Shown here: positions 26,031-36,499 of the stretch, piece after piece | Layout of the letters: each line of letters starts with the position of its first letter | Numbering within the stretch: the stretch's first letter is position 1 | NCBI GenBank assembly: GCA_025454815.1 | Contig: JALONR010000007.1 | Coordinates: 70,010-134,009, forward strand | Reading direction: 5' to 3' | Length of the DNA stretch: 64,000 nucleotides | DNA from: Bacteroidales bacterium | GTDB lineage: Bacteria; Bacteroidota; Bacteroidia; Bacteroidales; VadinHA17 | Translations under genes and position numbers: made by a program | The notes under the pieces: model-generated | Seen by the model: only the letters and a program-made list of their open reading frames with translations | Database searches by the model: none | Told to the model about the DNA's origin: nothing

Positions 26031-28477
26031 CTCAATGTGGCACCCAGTTCGCGCTCAAATACTTTTATCAGAGCGCTCATGGTCTTTTCAATATTCTTTT
26101 CGGTAAGGGTCTGCCTGTCATCACGAAGGATGAAACTGACCGCATATGACTTCTTATCCTTCCCGATTGACTCACTTTCGTAGAGATCGAAGAGGTCAAC
26201 CTCCTGAAGTATATTCTTCTCGGTTTTAAATGCAAGATCACGTATCTGGCTGAATCTCACTGACCTGTCAAGCAGCAGCGCCAGGTCGCGCCGTACCCAG
26301 GGATACTTTGGAAGTTCGCTGTACCTGATTGTGCGGCTCTTTATCAGCCTGATGACATTCTCCCAGTCAATTTCCGCGTAGAAGACCTCCTGCCTTATAT
26401 CGAACATAGCCAGGTATCTCCTGGAAACCTTTCCAAAGGATGCCACATCCAGGCTTCCGGCAGTGTATTTCATCCCTTCGGCGAACCACCCAGCGGTCTC
26501 ATCAGTGAGGATGGTCTCCCGCCGGGTTATGCCGAATCGTGACAGCACCATCTCAACATACCCCTTCAGATGGAAGAATCCTGAAGATATCTCCGGCGAA
26601 TTCCACCGCTTTTCATTCAGGTTCCCTGTCAGTGCCAGGGCAAGGATCTGCTTCTCATTGAAGTTGTCGGTAATTTCGAGGGTACCTTTTCCTTCCTTCC
26701 TTTTGTAGGTATAACCAAGTTCGAAAAGCCTGAGGTTGCTGTTCTGCCTGTTGATGTTCCACGCTATAGTATTCATCATTCCCGGCAGGAGCGACATGCG
26801 CATAACGTTCAGGTCACTGCTCAGCGGGTTGGCCAGTCTTACCATGGCCCGGGTATCAAAATCACCAGTAGTCTCGAACCACGCTGCCGGAGTGAGGGAA
26901 TTACACATTATTTCGGCAAATCCGTTGGCTGCGAGCAAGTCAGACATATTGGCGGCAACCTTCTCGCGATCAGGTTTTTCAGTATGGGAAAGCATCGAGT
27001 GCATCTCGCTGGTGACGCCAACGTTGTTGTAACCGTAGATTCTGAGTACCTCCTCCGTGATGTCGGCTTCACGGGTGACATCAACGCGGTATGTCGGAAT
27101 CTCCACTGTAAGGTAACCGGGTTCCTCGGCAGTGATATGGATGTCAAGGGAGTAGAGGATGGTCTTGACCGTCTCCACCGGGATTTCCTTGCCGATAAGC
27201 CGCGTCATGCGGTCAAGTGAGTATCTCACAACAGCTTTTCTTACAGGAGAGGGGTAGATATCAACAACATCCCCGGCTATTTCCCCGCCCGCGATCTCCT
27301 TCACAAGCAGTGCAGCTCTCTTAAGTGCATAAAGGGTCATCTCCGGGTCAGTGCCTCTCTCAAAGCGGTATGACGCATCGGTGCGGAGGTCATGCCTGCG
27401 CGAGGTACGCCTTACCGATACCGGGCTGAATGTTGCACTCTCAAGGAACAGGTCAGTGGTTGCCTCAGTAACTCCTGACCTGAGGCCGCCAAATACTCCG
27501 GCGATACACATCCCTTCATCCCGGTTGCAGATCATCAGGTCTGTTGATGCAAGTGTGCGTTCCACTCCGTCAAGGGTAATGAATTTTGTCCTGTCGGGCA
27601 GGTGCCTGACACGAACGGTATTGCCTGTTACGGCAGCTACATCAAATGCATGCAGCGGCTGCCCTGTCTCATGCAGGACAAAGTTGGTAATATCAACAAT
27701 ATTATTTATGGGGTTGAGCCCTATGGCTCTCAGTCTTGCCTGAAGCCATGCCGGTGACGGACCTGTTTTAATGCCACGCACAGTCAGCCCGGAATAGCGT
27801 ATGCAGGCTTCCGGTGATTCAACGGTTACACTTATGGCACCCTTGTCAGTTTCCTTCCTGAATCCGGTAATCTCCGGCAGCTTTGCCCTGACGGGCTTCT
27901 GAAGATTGAAATATGCTGCCAGGGCACGTGCAACCCCGTAGTGCGAGCTGCAGTCAATCATGTTGGGAGTAAGGCCTATCTCAAACACAGTGTCGGTTGT
28001 GACTCCGAAATATTCGGCTGCAGGCATGCCAGGCCTTGCATCCTTGTCGAGGACCACTATGCCTTCATGGTCGGTGCCAATGCCAAGCTCATCCTCAGCA
28101 CAGATCATCCCCTCGGAGAGCTGACCCCTTATCTTTGATCTCTTGATCTCAAACTGTTCATTACCATGGAAGACCATGGTTCCCGGCAACGCCACAGCCA
28201 CAAGCTGACCGGCAGCTACGTTGGGAGCGCCGCATACGATATGGAGAGGCTCCGTACCTCCTGCATCTACTGTGGTGACACTCAGCCTGTCAGCATCAGG
28301 ATGCCTCTCACATGTGAGCACCCTGCCCACAACAACTCCCTTCATACCACCCCTGACGGAGACCCACTCTTCCATGCCTTCAACCTCAAGCCCCAGTGAG
28401 GTCAGAACCGATGAGAGCTCATCTGGTCCTGAATCAAAATCAAGATACTCCCTGAGCCAGTTATAAGAAATCTTCAT
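26027..28477 (-). CDS. pheT: Phenylalanine--tRNA ligase beta subunit
   Basis: The track ORF extends to 28588. The ATG at 28477 gives the canonical 'MKISYNWLREYL'. The product is 816 aa, with a tRNA-binding domain 'VVGRVLTCERHPDADRL'. Confidence 0.92.
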   Translation of the reverse strand: MKISYNWLREYLDFDSGPDELSSVLTSLGLEVEGMEEWVSVRGGMKGVVVGRVLTCERHPDADRLSVTTVDAGGTEPLHIVCGAPNVAAGQLVAVALPGTMVFHGNEQFEIKRSKIRGQLSEGMICAEDELGIGTDHEGIVVLDKDARPGMPAAEYFGVTTDTVFEIGLTPNMIDCSSHYGVARALAAYFNLQKPVRAKLPEITGFRKETDKGAISVTVESPEACIRYSGLTVRGIKTGPSPAWLQARLRAIGLNPINNIVDITNFVLHETGQPLHAFDVAAVTGNTVRVRHLPDRTKFITLDGVERTLASTDLMICNRDEGMCIAGVFGGLRSGVTEATTDLFLESATFSPVSVRRTSRRHDLRTDASYRFERGTDPEMTLYALKRAALLVKEIAGGEIAGDVVDIYPSPVRKAVVRYSLDRMTRLIGKEIPVETVKTILYSLDIHITAEEPGYLTVEIPTYRVDVTREADITEEVLRIYGYNNVGVTSEMHSMLSHTEKPDREKVAANMSDLLAANGFAEIMCNSLTPAAWFETTGDFDTRAMVRLANPLSSDLNVMRMSLLPGMMNTIAWNINRQNSNLRLFELGYTYKRKEGKGTLEITDNFNEKQILALALTGNLNEKRWNSPEISSGFFHLKGYVEMVLSRFGITRRETILTDETAGWFAEGMKYTAGSLDVASFGKVSRRYLAMFDIRQEVFYAEIDWENVIRLIKSRTIRYSELPKYPWVRRDLALLLDRSVRFSQIRDLAFKTEKNILQEVDLFDLYESESIGKDKKSYAVSFILRDDRQTLTEKNIEKTMSALIKVFERELGATLR

Positions 28478-28507
28478 TTCGGTATTATTAACTCTTTTTT
28501 TAACATG

Positions 28508-28515
28508 CAAAAGTA
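28508..28515 (-). promoter_or_regulatory. Candidate -7 promoter box (TAnnTTTG) for pheT
   Basis: Minus-sense TACTTTTG, 30 nt upstream of the pheT ATG at 28477. Confidence 0.4.
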
Positions 28516-28572
28516 AGGAAAAAAGGTTTGTGGCATCAATGAGCCCGGTATTAAAAGCATCGTCATTATCAT

Positions 28573-28580
28573 TATATTTG
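28573..28580 (+). promoter_or_regulatory. Candidate -7 promoter box (TAnnTTTG) for surE
   Basis: TATATTTG, 19 nt upstream of the surE ATG at 28600. Confidence 0.4.
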
Positions 28581-28599
28581 CACGTCAACAGAAATCCAG

Positions 28600-29376
28600 A
28601 TGAAATTAGAAGAAAACGATAAACTGATACTTATAACCAATGATGACGGACTCTATGCAGGAGGCATCAGGACCCTCATCAGGATCATGGAGGACTTCGG
28701 GAAGCTTGTGGTAATCTCGGCTACCGAAAGCCGCAGCGCCATGTCACAGGCCCTTACGGTCAAGCAACCCCTCAGGGTCAAGCTGCTCGATGAGGATGAC
28801 CGCAAACGGATTTATGCCTGCAGCGGCACTCCGGCCGACGGGGTAAAGCTGGCAGTGAACCAGTTGCTGGACCGTAAGCCTGACCTTATCGTTTCCGGTA
28901 TAAACCACGGCTCCAATGCCTCAGCAAGCATACTGTATTCAGGTACAATGGCTGCCGCACTGGAGGGTTGTCTCTATGACATCACATCAGTTGGATTTTC
29001 CCTTAACAGCTACTCATCTGCAGCTGATTTTTCCGGGTGCGAAGAGTACATCCGGAAGATTTGCGGCATGCTCCTTCGCGAGCCGCTTCCCCAGGGCATA
29101 TGCCTCAATGTCAACTTCCCGGCGCTGCCGGCATCGGAGATCAAAGGGATGGTTGTTGCACGCCAGGCCTCAGGCAACTGGCAGGAGGAGTTTGAAAAGA
29201 GAAAAGACCCGGCCGGCAAGACTTACTACTGGCTTACAGGTAATTTCATCAACCATGAACCGGAAGCCGCAGACACTGATGACTGGGCCATCCAGAACGG
29301 ATATGTCTCGGTTGTGCCGGTCACCACTGACATGACTGCATACAGTTACCTGGAAACACTCAGGACAAAGATTTGA
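28600..29376 (+). CDS. surE: 5'/3'-nucleotidase SurE
   Basis: 258 aa with 'ILITNDDGLYAGGI' and 'SGINHGSNASASILYSGTMAAA'. Confidence 0.92.
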   Translation: MKLEENDKLILITNDDGLYAGGIRTLIRIMEDFGKLVVISATESRSAMSQALTVKQPLRVKLLDEDDRKRIYACSGTPADGVKLAVNQLLDRKPDLIVSGINHGSNASASILYSGTMAAALEGCLYDITSVGFSLNSYSSAADFSGCEEYIRKICGMLLREPLPQGICLNVNFPALPASEIKGMVVARQASGNWQEEFEKRKDPAGKTYYWLTGNFINHEPEAADTDDWAIQNGYVSVVPVTTDMTAYSYLETLRTKI

Positions 29377-29422
29377 AATACTGACTGCAGTTACCCGGAA
29401 AAGCTGAAATCAATACTCTGAA

Positions 29423-29719
29423 ATGAAGTTAAGTCAAAGATTCAACAATGCACTTACAGGGGTTATTGCCGGCCTGGTTATTCCTGTCATAGCCTTTATG
29501 GTTTTCTTCCTCCTTACAAGGAACGGACTCTCCTTCGGAGATTATTTCCGTAAGGTGGAGGCTGCCGGCAATATTACCAGTATCATGAGCGTATCTGTCT
29601 TCGCAAACATCGTCATCTTTCTGGTCTTTAACCGTTTTGATATGCTCCGGGCTTCAAGGGGTGTCTTAGGTATAACCATTGCATGGGCTTTAACCGTCTT
29701 CGCGATCAAGCTGTTCTGA
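29423..29719 (+). CDS. Small membrane protein of unknown function
   Basis: 98 aa with three hydrophobic segments. It sits tightly between surE and lpxB, and its stop is 1 nt before the lpxB ATG. Confidence 0.6.
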   Translation: MKLSQRFNNALTGVIAGLVIPVIAFMVFFLLTRNGLSFGDYFRKVEAAGNITSIMSVSVFANIVIFLVFNRFDMLRASRGVLGITIAWALTVFAIKLF

Positions 29720-29720
29720 A

Positions 29721-30854
29721 ATGAAATACTTCATCATAGCCGGTGAACCATCCGGGGATCTTCACGGATCTAATCTCGTGAGGCACCTCCGCAAGGCAGA
29801 CCCGGAGGCTGATATCGCATGCTGGGGTGGAGACCTCATGCGTGAGGAAGGAGCCAGGCTGCTGAAGCACTACCGTGAGACTGCCTTTATGGGTGCATGG
29901 GAGGTGCTTGTCAACATCCGTCGCATCAGGGCCAATTTCACTGAGTGCCGGAGCCAGATCAAGGAGATGAGCCCTGATGTGGTTATTCTCATAGATTATC
30001 CCGGTTTCAACCTGAGAATGGCACGCTTTGCACGCGAGGCAGGCATCAGGGTCTTCTATTACATCTCCCCGAAGTTCTGGGCATGGCGCGAAGGGAGGGT
30101 TGAGAAGATAAAACGATATGTTGACCGGCTTTATATCATCTTTCCCTTCGAGAAGGAGTTTTATGCCCGGCATGACTACCCTGCAGTTTTCCTTGGCAAC
30201 CCGCTGATTGATCATATTGACGGCTGGCGGAGCCGGGTCTCTGACCAGGACCTGCTGAAAGGCTCCATGGGCCTTGACGGCAGGCCGGTGATTGCACTCC
30301 TTGCAGGCAGCAGATTGCAGGAGGTTACAGGAATGCTCCCCGTGATGGCAGCTGCAGCTCCCTCTTATCCCGATTACCAGTTTGCCGTTGCGGCAATGGA
30401 TCACCTGCCGGCACGACTGTATGAAGAAGCTGCTGCAAACTTTGGTATAAAGATCATTTACGGAAGGACATATGACCTGCTTGCGGTGGCAGAAGCTGCC
30501 CTGGTGACCTCCGGAACGGCAACCCTCGAGGCTGCCCTGTTTGATGTTCCGCAGGTAGTCTGTTACAGAACCAGTCCGCTTACCTACCGCCTGGCAAAAC
30601 TGGTGATAAGGGTACGCTTCATATCACTTGTGAACCTGATCATGGACAGGGAGGTGGTCAGGGAACTGATCCAGGGTGATCTCAGCCTCATGAATCTCCA
30701 CCGCGAACTGGCGCTGATCCTTTCGACCGGTTACAGGCACCTGGTAATAAAAAGGGATTACGCGGAGCTTCGCGGGATCCTCGGGGGCGGCGGCGCCTCC
30801 GGGAGAGTGGCAGCAGACATGATCAGAAACCTTCAACAGTCTCAGGGAAGATGA
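29721..30854 (+). CDS. lpxB: Lipid-A-disaccharide synthase
   Basis: 377 aa with 'MKYFIIAGEPSGDLHGSNL', 'YYISPKFWAWR' and 'GTATLEAALFDVPQVVCY'. Confidence 0.92.
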   Translation: MKYFIIAGEPSGDLHGSNLVRHLRKADPEADIACWGGDLMREEGARLLKHYRETAFMGAWEVLVNIRRIRANFTECRSQIKEMSPDVVILIDYPGFNLRMARFAREAGIRVFYYISPKFWAWREGRVEKIKRYVDRLYIIFPFEKEFYARHDYPAVFLGNPLIDHIDGWRSRVSDQDLLKGSMGLDGRPVIALLAGSRLQEVTGMLPVMAAAAPSYPDYQFAVAAMDHLPARLYEEAAANFGIKIIYGRTYDLLAVAEAALVTSGTATLEAALFDVPQVVCYRTSPLTYRLAKLVIRVRFISLVNLIMDREVVRELIQGDLSLMNLHRELALILSTGYRHLVIKRDYAELRGILGGGGASGRVAADMIRNLQQSQGR

Positions 30855-32014
30855 GGAGGCTGGCAATAACAATCATTTTTCTGCTTCTGCTGCCACTCGC
30901 CGGCCGCTCGCAGATTTCAATAAGGATCTTTGCCCGTACGCGGCCGGCAACCATCATATTCACTGCCGGGCAGGGGGGCTTCCTGCTCCGTGACGGCGCC
31001 GCCGCTGATCTCAGGCTCATCCCCGGTGAGGTGGTCATCATAACCCGTTATGACAAAAGGGTGATCTACAGGACCCTCTCGGGAACCTTCGGCGCTGCCG
31101 ATTCACTCACCTTCAGCCCCGCATCAGCCGATGCACTTTTCAGGGTGCGTGCCCCGGGAAATCCTGAACCGGAAAAGCTACTCAACGGTATGCTCAGGGT
31201 AAAACCCTTTCCCGGGTCACTCCTGGTACTTAATTACACTACTGTGGAGGAGTGCCTTCCAGGCGTGGTCCGCGCCGAGGCCGGCAAGTTTGGCCCCTCT
31301 CACTACTTCAGGGCACAGGCGGTTGTGGCACGGACATATATCTACAGGAATATGGAGAGGCATGCCCTCGACGGCTACAATCTCTGTGACGATATCCATT
31401 GCCAGGTCTACCCCGGGGTGGTCACTGATACCGTGATAGTGAATGCCTGCCGGTTAACGGCAGGAAAAGTGCTGACAGACCGAGACAGCCTGCTCATAGA
31501 GGCTGCCTTCCACGGCAACTGCGGAGGAGAGACAGCCTCATCAGCCGATGTATGGCTCGCGGGTTATCCATACCTGGTCAGTGTAAAGGACCCGTGGTGC
31601 AGTTATTCGGCATCATCGACATGGAGGAAGAGCATATCACGGGCAGAGTGGAACAGCTTCCTGGTATCAAAAGGTATCACTCCCGGTACTGAAGGAAGCA
31701 TGTATTCCGGCCGGTCACCAGGTCAGCCCCCCGAAGGAGGAAGAATAGCAAACCGAATTGTGCAGGGTAAAACCATAACCAGCGAGGAGATACGCCTCCG
31801 CTTCGACCTGAGGTCGTCTTATATTGCGATGGCACCAGCAGCTGACAGCATTATTATCAGCGGGAGGGGATACGGACACGGCGTAGGACTGTGCCAGGAC
31901 GGAGCAAAGCATATGGCAGAAAAGAAAACAAGCTATGACAGGATAATCGGGTTTTATTACCCGGGAACAATAATAACAGATATCAAAAATGCCCGCAGGC
32001 CGCCGAGGCCATGA
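30851..32014 (+). CDS. SpoIID/LytB-domain protein (peptidoglycan-remodelling)
   Basis: 387 aa with the signal peptide 'MRRLAITIIFLLLLPLAGRSQ'. It has 'YLPGVVRAE', 'CDDIHCQVYPG' and 'GRGYGHGVGLCQDGA'. It overlaps lpxB by ATGA. Confidence 0.8.
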   Translation: MRRLAITIIFLLLLPLAGRSQISIRIFARTRPATIIFTAGQGGFLLRDGAAADLRLIPGEVVIITRYDKRVIYRTLSGTFGAADSLTFSPASADALFRVRAPGNPEPEKLLNGMLRVKPFPGSLLVLNYTTVEECLPGVVRAEAGKFGPSHYFRAQAVVARTYIYRNMERHALDGYNLCDDIHCQVYPGVVTDTVIVNACRLTAGKVLTDRDSLLIEAAFHGNCGGETASSADVWLAGYPYLVSVKDPWCSYSASSTWRKSISRAEWNSFLVSKGITPGTEGSMYSGRSPGQPPEGGRIANRIVQGKTITSEEIRLRFDLRSSYIAMAPAADSIIISGRGYGHGVGLCQDGAKHMAEKKTSYDRIIGFYYPGTIITDIKNARRPPRP

Positions 32015-32048
32015 AAGATTTGGATATTTTTACAACAAACTTGAAACT

Positions 32049-34451
32049 ATGTTCACACTCTTCAGAAAGGAGGTAGCAGGATTTTTCAGCTCCCTGACGG
32101 GATACATCGTAATGATAGTGTTCCTGCTGGCCAACAGCCTGATAATGTGGATCATGCCCGGCCAGTGGAACCTGCTTGACAGCGGCTATGCCGGACTTGA
32201 TCCCCTATTCGTCCTCTCTCCCTGGCTGTTTCTTTTCCTGGTTCCTGCCGTGACCATGAGGCTCTTCTCGGAAGAGCGAAGGGCCGGAACAATTGAACTG
32301 CTCTGGTCACGTCCTGTTACCGATGGTGCCGTGATCTATGGAAAGTTTCTTTCTTCCCTCTTCCTTGTGCTCCTTTCGCTCCTGCCGGCTCTGGTTTTTG
32401 TCGTATCAGTATGGGTGCTCGGTGAGACACCCGGCAATCTTGACAGGGGAGGTACAGCGGGCTCTTTCATAGGCCTTCTGCTGCTCGCCGCAGTCTATTC
32501 TGCCATCGGGCTCTTTGCTTCTTCACTCACCTCCAACCAGGTCATTTCATTCATCCTGGCAGCGGTCCTCTCTTTCATCATGTTCAGGGGGTTCGACTCA
32601 CTTTCACTGCTTCCCGGCCTTTCATCTGCAGGGGAGACAGTGGCTGCTGTGGGAATCAATGAGCATTACCGGTCTGTCAGCAGGGGTGTGCTTGATATAC
32701 GGGATATCGCATATTTCATATTCGTAACCGTTCTTTTCTGCGAAGCGGCAAGGATCTCACTGCGCCGCAGCAGGATCACCAGGCCGCTGGCTGTCATCGT
32801 TGCCACAGGTGCCGCCTGCATTCTGCTCTCCTTGATTCATATAAGGGTTGACCTGACAGAAGACAGACGCTTTACCCTGGCAGAGCCAACAAAAAAAATC
32901 CTCAGGGAACTGGAGACCGATGTGAAGGTGGATGTCTACCTCGACGGTGATCTCCCCATTGCCTTCCGGAAACTGCGCCGAAACGTGGAACAGTACCTCG
33001 ATGAGTTCCGCATTACCTCGGGAAGAAAAATCAGATATGATTTCATTAACCCTTCCGGGTCTCCTGACAGGGCAGAACGGGAAAGATTTCACAGTGAACT
33101 GATGAGCCGCGGGCTTAACCCGGTAAACGTCATGGCCTCAGACGGAGAAGGCGGCAGAACCCAGAAACGCATCTTTCCGTCGCTGACCATCACCAGCGGC
33201 GAAACGGTGATACCTGTCAACTTCCTCCGGAATAACCCGACACTGCCGGCAGAGACAAACCTCCTGCATTCCACGGAAGGACTTGAATACGAGATCATCC
33301 AGGCCATTGCTACGGCAACGGCCGATACCGTCAGTACAGTGGCATTCATAGAAGGTCATGGTGAGCTCGGCGAGCTGAATGTTGCAGACCTGACCCTGGA
33401 ACTGGCCAAATTCTATAATATTGACAGGGGTGTGATAGGAGGGAGGCAGGGTATAATTGACAGGTACGCTGCCATCATCATCGCTGCTCCCCGTAAAGAG
33501 ATCGATGAAAAGGACAAGTTCATCATTGACCAGTATATCATGAATGGAGGCAGGGTCATGTGGCTGGCTGAGGAGGTGACGGTGAATGCTGACAGTCTTA
33601 TTGCCGGTTCAACGGTTGCTCTTTATGAACCGCTGACTATCAGTGATATGCTCTTCAGATACGGCGCCCGGATCAACCCTGTGATAGTTCAGGATGCAGA
33701 CTGCATGCTCATCCCGTTGAAGGTATCCGATCCCGGAGGCGATGCTCAGTATGTGCCCACCCCATGGGTCTACTACCCCCTTCTCCGTCCTTCACAGAAC
33801 CACCCGGTAACCAGGAATCTTAACAGGGTGAAAGCTGAATTTGCCGGCACCATAGATACTGTCGGGCGTGACCCGCGGGTGAAGAAAAGCATCCTCCTGA
33901 CTACTTCTCCGGAAGCCAGGACAGTTATGCCTCCTGCAGTTATTTCACTTGAAGAGGCAGCTGAAATGATCCCCGACGAATTTTTCAATGCCGGCCCGCT
34001 ATCGGTGGCCGTTCTGCTGGAAGGAACATTCACATCAGTCTTTGCCAACCGGATGGCGGGAAGCATTATGGGCGACCCCGGGCTGGTAACGGTAACAGTA
34101 AGCAAACCGACAAAAATGATTGTGATTGCCGATGGGGATATAATCCGCAACGAGATCTCATGGGCGGGAGGGAATCCTGAGCCCCTGGCCCTGGGACTTG
34201 ACCGTTACACCATGCAGACTTTCGGCAACAAGGACTTCCTTGTAAACTGCATAAACTACCTGGTAAATGACAATGGCCTTGTTGAGATGCGGTCGAGGGA
34301 ACTGAAACCCAGGCTCCTTGACCAGGCAAGGATCAGGGATCAGCGAGGCCTCTGGCAGGTTGTCAACACGGTGCTGCCGGTAATTATTATTATACTGGCA
34401 GGTCTGATCTATAACTCTCTCAGGCGCAGGCATTATATTTCAGTGAAATAA
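32049..34451 (+). CDS. gldF/gldG: Fused gliding-motility ABC-2 permease GldF and GldG-like protein
   Basis: The ATG at 32049 gives 'MFTLFRKEVAGFFSSLTGYIVM...SEERRAGTIELL', a GldF-type ABC-2 permease of about 240 aa. It continues without a stop into 'RVDLTEDRRFTLAEPTKKIL...', a GldG-type region of about 560 aa, and ends in a C-terminal TM segment. Confidence 0.75.
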   Translation: MFTLFRKEVAGFFSSLTGYIVMIVFLLANSLIMWIMPGQWNLLDSGYAGLDPLFVLSPWLFLFLVPAVTMRLFSEERRAGTIELLWSRPVTDGAVIYGKFLSSLFLVLLSLLPALVFVVSVWVLGETPGNLDRGGTAGSFIGLLLLAAVYSAIGLFASSLTSNQVISFILAAVLSFIMFRGFDSLSLLPGLSSAGETVAAVGINEHYRSVSRGVLDIRDIAYFIFVTVLFCEAARISLRRSRITRPLAVIVATGAACILLSLIHIRVDLTEDRRFTLAEPTKKILRELETDVKVDVYLDGDLPIAFRKLRRNVEQYLDEFRITSGRKIRYDFINPSGSPDRAERERFHSELMSRGLNPVNVMASDGEGGRTQKRIFPSLTITSGETVIPVNFLRNNPTLPAETNLLHSTEGLEYEIIQAIATATADTVSTVAFIEGHGELGELNVADLTLELAKFYNIDRGVIGGRQGIIDRYAAIIIAAPRKEIDEKDKFIIDQYIMNGGRVMWLAEEVTVNADSLIAGSTVALYEPLTISDMLFRYGARINPVIVQDADCMLIPLKVSDPGGDAQYVPTPWVYYPLLRPSQNHPVTRNLNRVKAEFAGTIDTVGRDPRVKKSILLTTSPEARTVMPPAVISLEEAAEMIPDEFFNAGPLSVAVLLEGTFTSVFANRMAGSIMGDPGLVTVTVSKPTKMIVIADGDIIRNEISWAGGNPEPLALGLDRYTMQTFGNKDFLVNCINYLVNDNGLVEMRSRELKPRLLDQARIRDQRGLWQVVNTVLPVIIIILAGLIYNSLRRRHYISVK

Positions 34452-34578
34452 ATTTGTTTGAGGGTAAGATATTTTTTTGTAATATTGATAACCCGGTTTT
34501 TGAAGCAGACAATATTTATTATCAGTCAGTTGGCTGCTGAGAGACACCAGATTCGGAATAACTTAAATAATTGAACAT

Positions 34579-35709
34579 ATGAAATTTGTTGTATCGAGTA
34601 CAGAACTCCTGGGTCACCTTCAGGCCATCAGCAGGGTGATCAGTTCAAAGAATACCCTTCCGATTCTTGACAATTTTCTTTTCAATATAAGCGGAAATGA
34701 TCTCGAGATCACGGCTTCCGACCTGGAGTCGACGCTTATCACCCGCATGCATCTTGACAATATCACCGGAAGCGGAACAGTGGCACTGCCTGCCAGGATA
34801 CTGCTGGATACCCTTAAGGAGTTCTCGGAGCAGCCACTAACCTTTGATATCAACCCTGATACGCTTGCGGTGGTGATCAACTCAGAGAACGGCCGTTTCA
34901 GCATCGTAGGGCAGAACGGGATAGATTTCCCGGTACTTCCGGTTATAAAGAAGGAGAAGCGTTTCGGCTTTACCGTACCGGCCGATGTGCTCCTTGCAGG
35001 AATCTCACGCACCCTCTTTGCAACTGCTGATGATGAGCTCCGTCCCGTCATGGGAGGCATACTGGTTGAGGCATCAACCTCCAGGCTTACCTTTGTTGCT
35101 TCCGATGCCCATAAACTTGTCAGATACCAGAGAAGCGACGCAAAGGCTGATGACAACGCATCATTCATCCTCCCCAAGAAACCTGCCTCACTTCTGAAAA
35201 ACATACTACCCAGGGAAGACGGCGTTGTTTCAGTGGAATTCGATGACAGGAACGCATTCTTCAATCTCTCGGATTACAGGGTGGTATGCCGCCTCGTTGA
35301 GGGTAATTATCCGAACTACAACTCCGTCATACCTAAAAACAACCCGAGGAAGGTTCGCATTGACAGACTGGAGTTCTACAATATCCTCCGCAGGGTGTCG
35401 GTCTTCTCCAACCAGGCCAGCAACCTCGTCAAGCTGCAGTTCACACCGAACCAGATAACCGTCTCGGCACAGGATGTGGACTTCTCAATATCAGCATACG
35501 AGCGGCATAAGTGCCTCTACGAGGGCGATGACATGGAAATTGGTTTCAAATCAGTCTTCCTGCTTGAGATACTGTCCAACATCGCTTCACAGGATGTGGT
35601 TATAGAGCTTGCTGACCCGACCCGGGCAGGACTATTCCTCCCCTCGGAGACGGCAAATGAGAATGAAGACCTTCTCATGCTTCTGATGCCGATGATGATA
35701 AACGCCTGA
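34579..35709 (+). CDS. dnaN: DNA polymerase III beta sliding clamp
   Basis: 376 aa with 'MKFVVSSTELLGHLQAISRVI...LPILDNFLF', 'RPVMGGILVE' and the C-terminal 'LLMPMMINA'. Confidence 0.92.
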   Translation: MKFVVSSTELLGHLQAISRVISSKNTLPILDNFLFNISGNDLEITASDLESTLITRMHLDNITGSGTVALPARILLDTLKEFSEQPLTFDINPDTLAVVINSENGRFSIVGQNGIDFPVLPVIKKEKRFGFTVPADVLLAGISRTLFATADDELRPVMGGILVEASTSRLTFVASDAHKLVRYQRSDAKADDNASFILPKKPASLLKNILPREDGVVSVEFDDRNAFFNLSDYRVVCRLVEGNYPNYNSVIPKNNPRKVRIDRLEFYNILRRVSVFSNQASNLVKLQFTPNQITVSAQDVDFSISAYERHKCLYEGDDMEIGFKSVFLLEILSNIASQDVVIELADPTRAGLFLPSETANENEDLLMLLMPMMINA

Positions 35710-35722
35710 GAAGCAGCAGGAC

Positions 35723-36493
35723 ATGGAGCTAAACCTCAGAAAACCCCTGGTCATACTTGATCTTGAGACCACGGGGGTGAATATCGCTTCTGACCGTATC
35801 GTCGAGTTCTCAGCATTGAAGGTCTCTCCGGGCGGCAGTGAAGAATGGCTGACATTAAGGCTTAATCCGGGCATACCAATATCTCCCGAGGCAACCCGCG
35901 TGCACGGCATCACCGATGCTGATGTTGCAAATGAACCTCACTTCAGGGATGTTGCCAGGAGGATTGCTTCATTCCTTGAAGGATGTGACCTGGCAGGCTT
36001 TAACTCAATGAAATTTGATATCCCGATCCTATGTGAGGAGTTCCTGAGGGTCAATGTAGATTTCAACCCCGCCCGCCACAGGTATGTTGACGTTCAGGTT
36101 ATCTTCCACAAGAAGGAACAGAGAACCCTCAGCGCCGCCTACAGGTTCTACTGCAACATGGAACTGGAAAACGCTCACAGCTCGAAGGCAGACACCGCAG
36201 CCACCTATGAAATTCTCAAAGCACAGCTTGACAGGTATCCCGACCTGGAAAACGACATTGAAAAACTGTCGGTTTTCAGCGCATTCAACAATAATGCCGA
36301 CCTGGCAGGCAGGATAGTCTTCAATGAGCAGGGACAGGAGGTGTTCAATTTCGGCAAGCATAAGGGGAAGCCTGTTGAACAGGTCTTTAAGGAGGAACCT
36401 TCATACTACTCCTGGATGATGAACGGTGACTTCCCGCTTAACACCAAGCAGGTGATCACAGCAATAAAAGTACGTTCATTCGGAAAAGCATAG
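35723..36493 (+). CDS. DnaQ-like 3'-5' exonuclease
   Basis: 256 aa with Exo I 'VILDLETTG', Exo II 'LAGFNSMKFDIPIL' and Exo III 'AHSSKADTAATYEIL'. Confidence 0.8.
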   Translation: MELNLRKPLVILDLETTGVNIASDRIVEFSALKVSPGGSEEWLTLRLNPGIPISPEATRVHGITDADVANEPHFRDVARRIASFLEGCDLAGFNSMKFDIPILCEEFLRVNVDFNPARHRYVDVQVIFHKKEQRTLSAAYRFYCNMELENAHSSKADTAATYEILKAQLDRYPDLENDIEKLSVFSAFNNNADLAGRIVFNEQGQEVFNFGKHKGKPVEQVFKEEPSYYSWMMNGDFPLNTKQVITAIKVRSFGKA

Positions 36494-36499
36494 GCCGGA

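Noticed and set aside
34452-34578. A replication origin next to dnaN, and the single DnaA-box-like TTATCCACC at 50180-50188
   Set aside because: There is no dnaA gene, no cluster of DnaA boxes and no obvious AT-rich unwinding element. A single 9-mer match is expected by chance.
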